Source of the DNA: Gordius albopunctatus
Taxonomy: Eukaryota
Length of the DNA: 64,000 bases
Direction of reading: 5' to 3'
NCBI GenBank assembly: GCA_964276515.1
Contig: OZ193910.1
Coordinates: forward strand, 2,480,001 to 2,544,000
Every line of letters begins with the position of its first letter. Within the stretch, counting starts at the first letter, position 1. This document shows, in pieces, positions 62,539 to 64,000 of this stretch. Made by a program: the position numbers and the translations under genes. The notes under the pieces are model-generated. The model was given only the letters and a program-made list of their open reading frames with translations, made no database searches and was not told the DNA's origin.

Positions 62539-63112
62539 TTAACGGATCTGAATTATTCCAACTTCTATGAGTTTTTGAATCTTCCCCGCTATGTTTGGAT
62601 TTTTCATGTGCCTGCAAAATTTTTTTTTTAAAAAACATATATTTTCGTTCTATTATTGCTAATGGCATTACAGTCCCCTCGAATCAATCACAATTGTTAC
62701 TTTTTACTACATTCATTTTTTAGATATAAAGTAGGATCATTTAATTAAATAAAATTGCTCTTACAATTCAGCTATTTATAATAATTTTAAATTCTCTTAA
62801 AAGATATAAATTCCTCGTGTAGCGTGATGCTACATCGCCAATCATTTTAAACCTCTTTAATCAAGCCGGTGTTAAAGTAGGGCCTAAGACTCGCATCAAA
62901 ATTCAAGTTATTTCACGCATAATAAAAACGTACTCCCTGAGGGCGTTGGGATCATTTTGCATCTGTTCCAGGATCATTCTCATGGCGGGATCCCCGAGGA
63001 TGGATTGAACCTCAGGATTTTGCAAAGCCTTTTCCTTTATTTCTTCCGTAGATCGGGACGACTGATTTTGCCCAACCGTGTCGTAGCAACGTCTGGTCCC
63101 TTCCAAAGCCTC
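62539..63112 (-). CDS. STIP1: Stress-induced phosphoprotein 1 (Hop/STI1), last two coding exons 63112-62934 and 62611-62539; the gene continues beyond the window
   Basis: EALEGTRRC...EEIKEKALQNPEVQSILGDPAMRMILEQMQNDPNALRE|HMKNPNIAGKIQKLIEVGIIQIR* matches the Hop DP2 domain. Confidence 0.93.
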
Positions 63113-64000
63113 CTAAACGTTTAGGTTTGTGTAAAGTGTTGTAAAATTTAAGATAAAAACATTTGATATCACTTTGGACGAAGGGAAGCAAGAGATTGCA
63201 AAATAACCAATGCAGCAGTATAGGATATAACGGCTTACCTATATAACTACAAAAATGACATTTTTACCTGTTATTATCACAAAACCAATCGACCCAAAAA
63301 ACATATTTTTCTAAGGATTACAGGTCTTACCACTACAACAAGATTTTATGATTACGAGGGTGAATAATTTAAAAAAATGATCGAATTTAGCTTCATGACC
63401 CAATGTTGTAAAAGACCGACTTTGCACGTTTAAGTCCCCACATTTTTTAATATAGTGAGTGGGCCAAAGGAGCTAAAAAATTGAGAATAAAATCAATATT
63501 CCCGACATTTTCACCAAATTTCCAACAATATTTAAGGGGATGAGCAGAAAAGGTGGCGATTTGACATGGATTGCCGCAATAACTAAATAAGCATCATATC
63601 GTAAGGATTGCGAAAAAAATAAGGGAAATATCGCTGGATAGCAGTCAAAATTATTGTTTGCAACAGAGTAATCCTAACGTATAAGATCGTTGTACTTGAT
63701 GTTAGGCCTTTAAAGCATTTCATTTCCTAAAACTGATATAAAACATCTCTTATATATTCACGCATCAAAAGTGTTGCCAAAAACGACCGCAATTTTGATA
63801 AGTGATGTAGAGTTTGTATAGCGATGGATTGTATAGGACAATAATCATTGATCTTATAACATGAAACAACCCATTTTAATCATTATAGCGATTTTAAAAA
63901 TTCTTCAAACCATATAAATTTGCCAAAATTCATGTTTCACTTATTAAAATGGCTGCCAAAATGGGGGACACTTTTAAAAAGGGAATGGTATAAAACCTGA

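Overview
AT-rich animal (invertebrate-like) nuclear DNA with spliceosomal GT-AG introns and dense transposon content. No rRNA, genuine tRNA or CRISPR is seen. Host genes reconstructed by hand: two intronless rhodopsin-class peptide-type GPCR paralogues in inverted orientation (3038-4273 +, 26636-27880 -), a Cys-type glutathione peroxidase with four 33-37 nt introns (6914-7598 +), a GT7 beta-1,4-Gal/GalNAc-transferase (28999-33654 -), an UNC-93-like MFS protein (35466-44091 +), RIOX1/NO66 (48432-58632 +, 12 exons) and the 3' end of STIP1/Hop (62539-63112 -). Mobile DNA: a decayed Ty3/Gypsy pol, a near full-length RTE LINE with a 15-bp TSD, hAT derivatives and MITEs with 8-bp TSDs, a DINE-1/HINE-like family, a Helitron carrying cargo, CRE-like LINE remnants, a tRNA-derived SINE and a 692-bp (TATG)n tract. 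The most unusual object lies in UNC-93 intron 2 (39505-41953): a rearranged RT-RNase H element bounded by 274-bp direct repeats with paired stem-loops, with no integrase, tyrosine recombinase or TSD. Its motifs look hepadnavirus/HEART-like by eye, and DIRS/Ngaro is the main alternative. All assignments come from motif recognition; no database searches were run.
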